Below are positions 19,798-29,543 of a stretch of DNA of 32,000 nucleotides, piece after piece. A model generated the notes under the pieces. The model made no database searches. It was not told where the DNA came from and saw only the letters and a program-made list of their open reading frames with translations. The DNA comes from Candidatus Saccharimonadota bacterium (GTDB taxonomy: Bacteria; Pseudomonadota; Gammaproteobacteria; Enterobacterales; Enterobacteriaceae_A). Every line of letters begins with the position of its first letter. Positions within the stretch are counted from its first letter, which is position 1. The stretch covers positions 120,001 through 152,000 of the forward strand of contig CP116499.1 in the NCBI GenBank assembly GCA_030849405.1, written 5' to 3'. Both the position numbers and the translations under genes were made by a program.

Positions 19798-21819
19798 CTA
19801 AATTTTATTATTAGAATAATTTCTAATTAATATTTTTTTAGATTCTTTTAATATATTATTTATTGTAAAACCAAATTTTTTAAATAATTTTTCAGCTGGT
19901 CCAGATTCTCCAAAAGTTTTCATACCAATAATTATTCCATTAATTCCTACATATTTGTACCAATAATCTGATATACTAGCTTCTATTACAATTCTATTTT
20001 TAATTATATTTGGTAATATTTTGTTTTTATATTTTATATTTTGTTTATCAAATACATTTGTTGAAGGCATTGATATTACTCTTGTATAAATCCCTATTTT
20101 AATTAATTTTTTATAAGTTAAAATTGTAATATTTAATTCTGATCCTGTTGAAATAAATATAATATCTGGAAATTTATTACAATCTTTAATTATATAACCC
20201 CCTTTATATATATTTTTTATTTGTGTTATATCTCTTTCTTGTTGTATAACATTTTGACGAGTAAAAACTAAAGTTGTAGGACTATGTAATCTATTTATAG
20301 CATGTTTCCAAGCAACAATAGTTTCAACTTGATCACATGGACGCCATGTATTCATATTAGGAATTATTCGTAAATTAGATAATGCTTCTATAGGCTGATG
20401 AGTTGGTCCATCTTCACCTAAACCAATTGAATCATGTGTATAAATAAATATTACACGTAATTTCATTAATGATGCCATTCTAATAGCATTATGTGCATAT
20501 TCAAAAAAAACTAAAAATGTAGCTGAATATGGTAATAATGCTCCATGTAATGCAATTCCATTAGTAATAGCACTCATACCAAATTCACGTACACCATAAT
20601 GAATATAATTCCCAGAATTATCATTATTAAAAGATTTTGAACCAGACCAATTACTTAAATTACTAGGTGTTAAATCTGCTGAACCTCCTATTAATTCAGG
20701 TAATAAATTTCCTAAAAATTCTAATGTATTTTGTGATGATTTTCTAGTTGCTATATTTTCAGGTTTAATTTGTTTTTTATAAATAAATTTATTAATTTCA
20801 GTATTAAATAATTTAGGTTTTTTATTTTTTAAAAATCTTTTTAATTCTAAATATAATTTTAAATATTTTTTTTTGTAATTTTTAATTAATATATTCCATT
20901 TATCTTCTTTTTTTTGACCTTTTTTTTTTGCATTCCATTTTAAATAAATTTCTTTAGGAATTTCAAATTCAGGATAATTCCAATTTAATTTTTTTAATGT
21001 AGCTTTAATTTCATCTTCACCTAATGGAGCTCCATGTACATCACTTGTTCCAGATTTATTAGGTGAACCGTAACCTATAATAGTTTTGCAAATAATTAAT
21101 GTCGGTTTTTTTTTTTCTTTTTTTGCTTTTTTAATTGCTTCTTTAATTTCTTTACTATTATGTCCATTTACATTGTTAATAACATTCCAATTATATGATT
21201 TAAAACGTTTTTCAATATCTTCATTAAACCATTTCTTGACATTACCATCTATTGAAATATTATTATCATCATAAAAAGCTATTATTTTATTTAATTTTAA
21301 AGTTCCAGCTAAAGAACAAACTTCATGTGAGATACCTTCCATTAAACAACCATCACCTATAAAAATATAAGTTTTATGATTAATTATATTATAATTTGGT
21401 TTATTAAATTTTTTTGATAATATACGTTCAGAAATAGCAAACCCAATACCATTAGCTAAACCTTGTCCTAATGGTCCTGTAGTAGTTTCAATACCGTTTA
21501 AATTATTATTATATTCTGGATGACCAGGTGTTTTTGAATTTAATTGTCTAAAATTTTTAATATCTTCTATTGTTAAATTATATCCTGTAAGATGTAATAT
21601 ACTATATAATAACATTGATCCATGACCATTTGATAAAATAAATCTATCTCTATTAAACCATAATGGATTATTTGGATTATGATTAATATAATCACGCCAT
21701 AAAACTTCAGCTATATCTGCCATTCCCATAGGCATTCCTGGATGACCTGAATTTGCTCTTTGTATTGCATATATACTTAATATACGTATTGCATTAGCTA
21801 ATTTTACTCTTTCTATCAT
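19798..21819 (-). CDS. tkt: Transketolase
   Basis: [30 protein letters not shown]......[29 protein letters not shown]....[13 protein letters not shown]...[18 protein letters not shown]......[33 protein letters not shown]...HGAPLG......[19 protein letters not shown]...PY.ATFL.F.EYA.NA.RM..LM......[19 protein letters not shown].....R..PNM..WRP.D..E matches TktA/B. A strong AGGAG SD sits 5 nt upstream. Confidence 0.97.
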   Translation of the reverse strand: MIERVKLANAIRILSIYAIQRANSGHPGMPMGMADIAEVLWRDYINHNPNNPLWFNRDRFILSNGHGSMLLYSILHLTGYNLTIEDIKNFRQLNSKTPGHPEYNNNLNGIETTTGPLGQGLANGIGFAISERILSKKFNKPNYNIINHKTYIFIGDGCLMEGISHEVCSLAGTLKLNKIIAFYDDNNISIDGNVKKWFNEDIEKRFKSYNWNVINNVNGHNSKEIKEAIKKAKKEKKKPTLIICKTIIGYGSPNKSGTSDVHGAPLGEDEIKATLKKLNWNYPEFEIPKEIYLKWNAKKKGQKKEDKWNILIKNYKKKYLKLYLELKRFLKNKKPKLFNTEINKFIYKKQIKPENIATRKSSQNTLEFLGNLLPELIGGSADLTPSNLSNWSGSKSFNNDNSGNYIHYGVREFGMSAITNGIALHGALLPYSATFLVFFEYAHNAIRMASLMKLRVIFIYTHDSIGLGEDGPTHQPIEALSNLRIIPNMNTWRPCDQVETIVAWKHAINRLHSPTTLVFTRQNVIQQERDITQIKNIYKGGYIIKDCNKFPDIIFISTGSELNITILTYKKLIKIGIYTRVISMPSTNVFDKQNIKYKNKILPNIIKNRIVIEASISDYWYKYVGINGIIIGMKTFGESGPAEKLFKKFGFTINNILKESKKILIRNYSNNKI

Positions 21820-21958
21820 AACTTTCTCCTAATGCTAATAATATATTAGCAATATATATATAATTTATAAAAATGCAACCTTTATTTTTAAAATTTTAAT
21901 AAATAAATAAAAATGTTTTAAATAAAATAAAAACTAAATAAAATAAATTATTAAATAA

Positions 21959-22408
21959 TTAAAATGGAATATCATCTTCAAAATTTATTTCTTTTTTATT
22001 ATTATTTTTATTATTATTTTTATTATTAATATTTTCTTTATTTTCTAATTTATTATTTTGATTATTATTTAACATTAACATTGTTCCTCCAATTTTAACT
22101 ATAATTTCAGTTGTATATTTTTCATTACCATTTTTATCTATCCATTTTCTAGTTTGTAATGTTCCTTCAATATATACTTGAGTTCCTTTTTTAATATATT
22201 CTCCTGCTATTTCAGCTAATTTACCAAATATAACTATTTTATGCCACTCTGTTTTTTCTTTTTGTTCATTTGTAATTTTATCTTTCCAAGTTTCAGATGT
22301 TGCCATACTAAAATTAGTAACTGCACTTCCATTAGACATATATCGTATTTTAGGATCTTGACCTACATAACCAATTAAAATAACTTTATTAACACCTCTA
22401 ATTGACAT
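21959..22408 (-). CDS. ssb: Single-stranded DNA-binding protein
   Basis: [29 protein letters not shown]...[43 protein letters not shown]...YTTEI.V...GTM.ML matches E. coli SSB. The C-terminal acidic tip (FEDDIPF) is retained. An AGGAG SD lies upstream. Confidence 0.96.
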   Translation of the reverse strand: MSIRGVNKVILIGYVGQDPKIRYMSNGSAVTNFSMATSETWKDKITNEQKEKTEWHKIVIFGKLAEIAGEYIKKGTQVYIEGTLQTRKWIDKNGNEKYTTEIIVKIGGTMLMLNNNQNNKLENKENINNKNNNKNNNKKEINFEDDIPF

Positions 22409-22778
22409 TTTTTTTTACTCCTACATTAAATTATTAAAATATAAATTATTTTTAAAAATATTACAAGTATATAAATATACTAATAATTTTATTAAAATAT
22501 AAAATATTTAAAATAAGTATTTTTATAAAATTTATTCATTAACAAATTAAAATAACAGTTTAATAATTTAATTTAATTTTGTCAATATGTTTTTTATAGT
22601 TTTAAATAATTATTTTTAAAATAATAATTTTAATAAAATTTAAATATAATTTTATTTATTTTAATATTGAATTATAAAATATTAAAATAAATAAAATTTA
22701 AAATTATTTAAAATAATTATAGTGTTTTTAAATTTTATTATTTAATATTAATAATTTAAATAATATATAAAAATTTAA

Positions 22779-23993
22779 ATGATATTACCAATTTATATGG
22801 ATTATTCAGCCACCTCACCTGTGGAAAAAAAAGTAGTAAAAAAAATGTTAAAATATTTAACATTAAAAGGAAATTTTGGAAATTCATCTTCTAGATCGCA
22901 TTATTTTGGTTGGAAAGCAGAAGAATCTATTAAAATTTATAGAAAAAAAGTAGCTAAATTAATAAATGCAAACTATAAAGAAATTATTTTTACATCTGGT
23001 GCTACTGAATCAATAAATTTAGCAATAAAAGGTATAGCAAACTTTTATGTTAAAAAAGGTAAACACATTATTACTTCTAAAATAGAGCATAAAGCAGTTT
23101 TAGATAGTTGTAGATATTTAGAAAAAAAAGGATTTAAAGTAAGTTATATAAAACCTGAAATAAATGGAATTATAAATATTAATAAAATTTTAAAAATTAT
23201 AAATAAAGAAACTATTTTAATTTCTATTATGCATATAAATAATGAAATTGGTAGTATACAAAATATTAATAAAATTAGTAAATTATGTATTAAAAAAAAA
23301 ATTTTTTTACATGTTGATGCTACACAAAGTGTTGGAAAAATTAAAATTAATGTTAAAAAAAATAAAATTAACTTAATTTCATTTTCAGCTCATAAATTAT
23401 ATGGTCCAAAAGGTATTGGTATATTATATATTAGTAATAATCCTAAAATAAGACTTGAACCTTTAATTCATGGAGGTGGACATGAAAAAGGTATACGTTC
23501 AGGTACTTTAGCTACACATCAAATTGTTGGAATTGGTGAAGCTTGTAATATCGCATTTAAAAAAATGAAAATTGATATTTATTTTTTTCATTTAATTAAA
23601 AGTAGATTTTGGAATGGTATTAAAAATATTGAAGAAATATATTTAAATGGAAATTTTAATAATAGTATACCAAATATTATTAATGTAAGTTTTAATTATA
23701 TTGAAGGTGAATCTTTATTAATGTCTCTTAAAAATCTTGCTATTTCATCTGGATCAGCATGTACATCTTCTAGTTTAGAACCATCATATGTACTTATATC
23801 TTTAGGTATTAATGAACAATTAGCACATAGTTCTATTAGATTTTCATTTGGTCGTTTTACAAAATTATCAGAAATTGATTATAGTATTTATTTAATTAAA
23901 AAATCTATTATTAAATTACGTAATCTTTCTCCTTTATGGGATATTTTTAAACAAGGAATAGATATTAATTCTATTATTTGGAATAATATTTAA
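22779..23993 (+). CDS. iscS: Cysteine desulfurase IscS
   Basis: [13 protein letters not shown]...FGN..SRSH.FGW.AEE.......[43 protein letters not shown]......[11 protein letters not shown].......L.SFS.HK.YGPKGIG.LY......GGGHE.G.RSGTL..HQIVG.GEA...[16 protein letters not shown]...G......HSSIRFS.GRFT is colinear with E. coli IscS. This includes the PLP-binding Lys (S.HK) and the active-site Cys (SGSACTS). Confidence 0.97.
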   Translation: MILPIYMDYSATSPVEKKVVKKMLKYLTLKGNFGNSSSRSHYFGWKAEESIKIYRKKVAKLINANYKEIIFTSGATESINLAIKGIANFYVKKGKHIITSKIEHKAVLDSCRYLEKKGFKVSYIKPEINGIININKILKIINKETILISIMHINNEIGSIQNINKISKLCIKKKIFLHVDATQSVGKIKINVKKNKINLISFSAHKLYGPKGIGILYISNNPKIRLEPLIHGGGHEKGIRSGTLATHQIVGIGEACNIAFKKMKIDIYFFHLIKSRFWNGIKNIEEIYLNGNFNNSIPNIINVSFNYIEGESLLMSLKNLAISSGSACTSSSLEPSYVLISLGINEQLAHSSIRFSFGRFTKLSEIDYSIYLIKKSIIKLRNLSPLWDIFKQGIDINSIIWNNI

Positions 23994-24004
23994 AAGAATA
24001 AATT

Positions 24005-24394
24005 ATGTCTTATAGTAAAACAGTAATAGATCATTATGAAAATCCTAGAAATGTAGGTTCTTTAGATATTAATAAAAAAAATGTAGGTAGTAGTATGGTT
24101 GGATCTCCTTCATGTGGAGATGTAATGAAATTACAAATAAAAATTAATAAAAATGGTATAATTGAAGATGCTAAATTTAAAACATATGGATGTGGTTCAG
24201 CTATAGCTTCTAGTTCATTATTAACAGAAATCATAAAAGGTAAAACAATTAAACAAGCTCAAAAAATTAAAAATATTTTAATAGCTAAAAAATTGTCTTT
24301 ACCTCCAATAAAATTTCATTGTTCTATTTTAGCAGAACAAGCAATTAAAGAAGCGATTAAAAATTATAAAGTTAAAAATAAATTAAAAATATAA
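24005..24394 (+). CDS. iscU: Fe-S cluster assembly scaffold IscU
   Basis: MSYSKTVIDHYENPRNVGS.D.N..NVGS.MVG.P.CGDVMKLQIK.N..GIIEDA.FKTYGCGSAIASSSL.TE...GK....A..IKN..IA..L.LPP.K.HCSILAE.AIK.AI..YK is nearly colinear with E. coli IscU. All three cluster-ligand Cys residues are present. Confidence 0.98.
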   Translation: MSYSKTVIDHYENPRNVGSLDINKKNVGSSMVGSPSCGDVMKLQIKINKNGIIEDAKFKTYGCGSAIASSSLLTEIIKGKTIKQAQKIKNILIAKKLSLPPIKFHCSILAEQAIKEAIKNYKVKNKLKI

Positions 24395-24485
24395 TATATT
24401 ATAATATTAATTAATTTACATAATTAATAATAATAATATAATTAAATTAAAATTTAAATTTATTAAATATTATGTTATTAAATTA

Positions 24486-24809
24486 ATGAAAATAAATATA
24501 AGTAATAAAGCTATTAATTTTTTTTTTTTTTTAATTAAAAAAAAAAAAAAAAAATTTATACAATTAGATATTACAAAAACAGGTTGTTTAGGTTTTAAAT
24601 ATAATATTAAATACATTAATAATATAATTAATAATGATAATTATATATTTAAAAAAAATAAAATAATAATTATAATTAAAAAAAAAAATTTATTATATTA
24701 TAATAATATAAAAATTGATTTAATTAAAAATCAATTTAATAAAAAATTTTTATTTAATAATCCTAATGTTAAAATAAAATGTAAATGTGGTAAAAGTTTT
24801 AATATATAA
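24486..24809 (+). CDS. iscA: Iron-sulfur cluster insertion / A-type carrier protein IscA (diverged)
   Basis: It is 107 aa, the same length as E. coli IscA. The three conserved Cys residues are in the right places (TGCLGF vs SGCSGM; C-terminal FNNPNVKIKCKCGKSFNI vs FTNPNVKDECGCGESFHV). It keeps its position after iscU. The gene contains a T15-AATT-A18 tract. Confidence 0.85.
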   Translation: MKINISNKAINFFFFLIKKKKKKFIQLDITKTGCLGFKYNIKYINNIINNDNYIFKKNKIIIIIKKKNLLYYNNIKIDLIKNQFNKKFLFNNPNVKIKCKCGKSFNI

Positions 24810-24900
24810 ATTGATATTTTAAAGTATTAATATTTTAACATAAATTTATAAATTAATAAATTAAATTATTATATTTAATATATTAAAAATATTTTAAAAA

Positions 24901-25329
24901 TTAATTAATTATATAATAAGGATTATTATAACCAAAATTATTTAAAATTTCAATTTCTAATATTTCCATTTGTTTTTTTTCATATACATTTAAATGTTTA
25001 AAATTAAATAAATGTAAAATACTATGTATAATATTATGTATAAAATTAAAATTAAAAATATTTTTTTTTTTATTATAAATTATTAAATCTCCTATATATT
25101 CTTTAAAATTTAAAATTTTATTATTTTTAAAAGATAAAATATTAGTATATTTATTTTTACCTCTATAAATTAAATTATATTTTAATATTTTTTTTTTATT
25201 AATTAATTTAATTATTATAATTACTTTTTTTTTAAATTGTTTAATAATATTTTTAATTAAAATTAAAATATTATTTTTATTTAAAATAGTTTGACTTTTA
25301 TTATTATTTTTAAAAATTAATATTTTCAT
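24901..25329 (-). CDS. ybeY: Endoribonuclease YbeY (rRNA maturation factor)
   Basis: The C-terminal metal-binding motif HSILHLFNFKH...EILEIEIL..FGY.NPY matches the YbeY signature HGxLHLxGYDH...E.....LGY.DPY. Size is 142 aa versus about 155 aa in E. coli. The N-terminal two thirds are low complexity. Confidence 0.8.
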   Translation of the reverse strand: MKILIFKNNNKSQTILNKNNILILIKNIIKQFKKKVIIIIKLINKKKILKYNLIYRGKNKYTNILSFKNNKILNFKEYIGDLIIYNKKKNIFNFNFIHNIIHSILHLFNFKHLNVYEKKQMEILEIEILNNFGYNNPYYIIN

Positions 25330-25375
25330 CTTATATTTAGTTAAATTTATTTTAATTAAAATTATTTAATTATTA

Positions 25376-25448
25376 CAAAGGTGGTGAGAATCGAACTCAC
25401 GACATACGATTTTGGAGACCGTTGCTCTACCCTCTGAGCTACACCTTT
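25376..25448 (-). tRNA. tRNA-Trp (anticodon CCA); no encoded CCA end
   Basis: The reverse complement is AAAGGTGTAGCTCAGAGGGTAGAGCAACGGTCTCCAAAATCGTATGTCGTGAGTTCGATTCTCACCACCTTTG. It folds with acceptor AAAGGTG/CACCTTT, D-stem GCTC/GAGC, anticodon stem ACGGT/ATCGT with loop CTCCAAA, T-arm GTGAG-TTCGATT-CTCAC, and discriminator G. Confidence 0.93.
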
Positions 25449-25677
25449 AATAATAATATATTTTATAAATTTATATTTTATAATATGTATAATATTTAAA
25501 TTTTTTAAAATATAAATAAATTTTTTATAATTAATATAAAATTATTTTATTTATATTATATAATAGTATCAAATTTTAAATAATATTTTATATTGTAATA
25601 TTTTAATAAATTTAAATTTTTTAAAATTAATTAATTTGTTAAATTAATTTATTAAATTAAATAATTATTTTATATTA

Positions 25678-26790
<1,113 letters not shown>

Positions 26791-26833
26791 TTAATTTACT
26801 TTAAGATTTTATAAATATTTAAAAATAATTTTA

Positions 26834-28117
26834 TTATATTTTTTTTGACGCTTGAATAGATGTAATAGCAATTGTATAAATAATATCATTAATTGTAGCA
26901 CCTCTAGATAAATCATTAACTGGTTTTTTAATACCTTGTAATATTGGACCTATAGATATTATATTTGTGTGTTGTTGTACAGCTTTATAAGTAGTGTTTC
27001 CAGTATTTAAATCTGGAAATATTATAATATTTGCTTCACCTTTAATTTTTGAAAATGGTGCTTTTAATTTTGAAATTTTTGAGTTCACTGCTGCATCATA
27101 TTGTAAAGGTCCTTCAATTAATAAATCAGGTTTTTTTTTTTTAATTAAATTTGTTGCTTTTATAATTTTTTCAACATCTTTACCTTTACTAGAATTTCCA
27201 GTTGAATAAGAAATCATTGCTATTTTTGGTTTTATATCAAATAATAAAGCTGATTTAGCGGATTCAATAGCAATTTCTGCAAGTTGTTTATAATTTGGAT
27301 TGATATTAATTGCACAATCTCCATAAATTAAAATATATTTAGGTAATAACATTAAAAAAAAAGATGAAATTAATGATACATTTTTTTTTTTTTTAATAAT
27401 TTGTAATGCAGGTCTAATTGTATTTGCAGTTGTATTTACTGAACCAGATAACACTCCATCTACTTCATTTTGTTTTAACATCATTGTAGCTAAAATAATA
27501 TTATCTTTTAATGCTTTAATTGCTTTATATTCATTCATTCCTTTATGTTTTCTTAATTTTAATAATTTATCAATATAATTATTTCTTATTTTATTAGGAT
27601 TTATAATTTCTATATTTTTATTTAAATCAATATTATTAAATAATGCTATATCTTTAATTTTATTCGGATTTCCTAATAAAATACATTTTGCAATTTTTTT
27701 TTTATAACAAATAGATGCTGCTTTTATAATACGAGGTTCATATCCTTCTGGTAATATAATAAATTTATCAGATTTTTTAGAAAGTTCAGTTATTTTATAA
27801 ATAAATTCTTTAGGGAAATTTTTTTTTTTTTTTAAAAAAAATTTTTTTTTATCTTTTTTTTTTTTTATGTTTTTTTTTTTTATAAAATAATTATTTATAT
27901 TAATTAAATATAAACATTTTATTATAAAAATATCATATTTATTAATATTTTTTATATAATATGAAATTAATTCATTTATTAAAATTTTTTTGTTTTTTTT
28001 TTTTTTTTTAAGTATTATATAACAAATTTTTTTATTTTTAATAGAATTAATAATATTTAAAATAATATTATTTAAAATATTACTTTTAATATGTAAAAAC
28101 ATAATTGTAATTAACAT
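26834..28117 (-). CDS. pta: Phosphate acetyltransferase: catalytic PTA_PTB domain plus a ~100-aa low-complexity N-terminal remnant
   Basis: From about residue 100 onward, FIYKITELSKKSDKFIILPEGYEPRIIKAASIC...LLGNP..I...VDGVLSGSVNTTANTIRPALQIIK...YGDCAIN.NP...QLAEIAI.SA.SA..F.I.P..AM.SYSTG.S..G.DVEK...AT.L......DL.IEGPLQYDAAV.....K.KAP.S...G.A...IFPDLNTGNTTYKAVQ.......IGP.LQG..KPVNDLSRGA...DI.YTIA.T.IQ is colinear with roughly the C-terminal 330 aa of E. coli Pta (714 aa). An AAAGGT sequence lies upstream of the ATG at 28117. It sits downstream of ackA, as in the ackA-pta operon. Confidence 0.92.
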   Translation of the reverse strand: MLITIMFLHIKSNILNNIILNIINSIKNKKICYIILKKKKKNKKILINELISYYIKNINKYDIFIIKCLYLININNYFIKKKNIKKKKDKKKFFLKKKKNFPKEFIYKITELSKKSDKFIILPEGYEPRIIKAASICYKKKIAKCILLGNPNKIKDIALFNNIDLNKNIEIINPNKIRNNYIDKLLKLRKHKGMNEYKAIKALKDNIILATMMLKQNEVDGVLSGSVNTTANTIRPALQIIKKKKNVSLISSFFLMLLPKYILIYGDCAININPNYKQLAEIAIESAKSALLFDIKPKIAMISYSTGNSSKGKDVEKIIKATNLIKKKKPDLLIEGPLQYDAAVNSKISKLKAPFSKIKGEANIIIFPDLNTGNTTYKAVQQHTNIISIGPILQGIKKPVNDLSRGATINDIIYTIAITSIQASKKI

Positions 28118-28173
28118 ACATACCTTTATTTTAAATTAAAAATGATATTTATTTAAATACTAAAATTTAATAA

Positions 28174-29382
28174 TTAAATATGATTTATTAAATCATAAGT
28201 ATCTTTTGCTATTATTAATTCTTCATTACTAGGAATTACTAAAGCAATACGACTATTAGATTTTGTTATAATACCAAATTTAACATTATAAATATTTTTA
28301 TTAAGTATAGAATTAATTTTAAAACCTAAAATATTTAATGAATTAATAGTTAATTTTCTTATTAATACTGAATTTTCTCCTATACCACCAGTAAAAACAA
28401 TTGCATCTAAATGATTATCCATTAATATACTATAACTACCAATATATTTTGATAATTTATAACAAAATATATTAATTGCTAATTTTAATTGTTTATTTTT
28501 AAAATAATTTTTTTCAATATATCTACAATCATTACTTAATTCACTTAAACCTAATAAACCAGATTCTTTATTTAAAATTTTTTGAATTTGTTTAATTTTT
28601 ATTCCTAAATTATTATTTAAATAAAATATAATAGAAGGATCAATATCTCCACATCTTGTCCCCATTATTAAACCTTCTAAAGGTGTTAATCCCATAGAAG
28701 TATCAATACATTTACCATTTTTAATAGCAGCAATTGAACAACCATTTCCTAAATGACATGTAATTATATTTAAAGTTTTAATGTTTTTATTTAAAAATTC
28801 AGCAGTTTTAAGAGTAATATATTTATGACTTAAACCATGTGCTCCATAACGTCTTATTTTATATTTAGTATATAAATTATATGGTAAAGCATATAAAAAA
28901 GATTTTTTAGGCATACTTTGATGAAATGCAGTATCAAAAACTGCAATATTTTTTTTAAAAAGATATGGTATTAATTTAAAACTTTTATAAATACCAATTA
29001 AATGTTCTTTATTATGTAATGTAGCAAATGAAATTGATTCTTTTATAGAATTTATAACATTATCATTAATTATAATAGAATTAGAAAAAAATTCACCACC
29101 ATGTACAATACGATGTCCAATTGCATATAGTTTTTTAAAAATTTTTTTATTTTTAAATAATATATTTAAAAAAATTAAATTTAATACTTTATAATTAGAA
29201 TAAGTAATATTTTTTTTTTTAATATAAATAAAATTATTAATTTCCCATTTTATAATACAAGTTTTTTTTTTTGTATATTCAGTTAAACCTTTTATAATTT
29301 TATTTCCATTAATTGGGTTTATAATTGCAAATTTTATAGAAGAACTACCACAATTTAAAACTAAAATAATATTTTTAAACAT
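28174..29382 (-). CDS. ackA: Acetate kinase
   Basis: ILVLNCGSSSIKFAII...IGHRIVHGGE.F..S..I....I..IK....FA.LHN..HLIGI.......K.N.AVFDTAFHQ.MP..S.LYALPYNLY....IRRYGAHG.SH.Y.T...A..LNK....LNIITCHLGNG.S..AI.NGKC.DTSMGLTPLEGL.MGTR.GDIDP.IIF.L...KESGLLGL.E...DCRY.E.NY...D.IVFTGGIGEN......PSNEELIIA.D is colinear with E. coli AckA. Confidence 0.97.
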   Translation of the reverse strand: MFKNIILVLNCGSSSIKFAIINPINGNKIIKGLTEYTKKKTCIIKWEINNFIYIKKKNITYSNYKVLNLIFLNILFKNKKIFKKLYAIGHRIVHGGEFFSNSIIINDNVINSIKESISFATLHNKEHLIGIYKSFKLIPYLFKKNIAVFDTAFHQSMPKKSFLYALPYNLYTKYKIRRYGAHGLSHKYITLKTAEFLNKNIKTLNIITCHLGNGCSIAAIKNGKCIDTSMGLTPLEGLIMGTRCGDIDPSIIFYLNNNLGIKIKQIQKILNKESGLLGLSELSNDCRYIEKNYFKNKQLKLAINIFCYKLSKYIGSYSILMDNHLDAIVFTGGIGENSVLIRKLTINSLNILGFKINSILNKNIYNVKFGIITKSNSRIALVIPSNEELIIAKDTYDLINHI

Positions 29383-29403
29383 AATATACCTAAATATAAT
29401 AAT

Positions 29404-29480
29404 AATATAATTAATATATTAATTATTAAATTAAAATATTATTAATATATTAATTATTAAATTGAAATATAATTAATATA
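29404..29480. repeat. Short tandem direct repeat: 31-bp period, about 2.5 copies
   Basis: TTAATATATTAATTATTAAATT occurs perfectly at 29411-29432 and 29442-29463. The copies match at 28/29 positions over 29411-29439 versus 29442-29470. The 15-mer AATATAATTAATATA recurs at 29404 and 29466 (62 nt = 2 periods). It lies in the dnaB-ackA spacer, upstream of ackA. Confidence 0.6.
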
Positions 29481-29543
29481 AATATATTTAATACTTTATT
29501 AAATTTATTTATAAATTTATATTAAATAAAAAAATATTTAATT

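Noticed and set aside
21086-21274. 62-aa ORF on the + strand
   Set aside because: It is antisense within tkt. It is a hydrophobic shadow ORF with no supporting signal.
22579-22607. Sigma70-like promoter upstream of iscS (TTGTCA, 17 bp, TTAAAT)
   Set aside because: In nearly pure A/T sequence, -10-like hexamers occur everywhere and a single TTG-containing -35 is weak evidence. It lies about 170 nt from the iscS start. It cannot be supported without transcript mapping.
24034-24234. 66-aa ORF on the - strand
   Set aside because: It is antisense within the highly conserved iscU. It is a shadow ORF.
26994-27209. 71-aa ORF on the + strand
   Set aside because: It is antisense within the conserved catalytic domain of pta. 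It is a shadow ORF.
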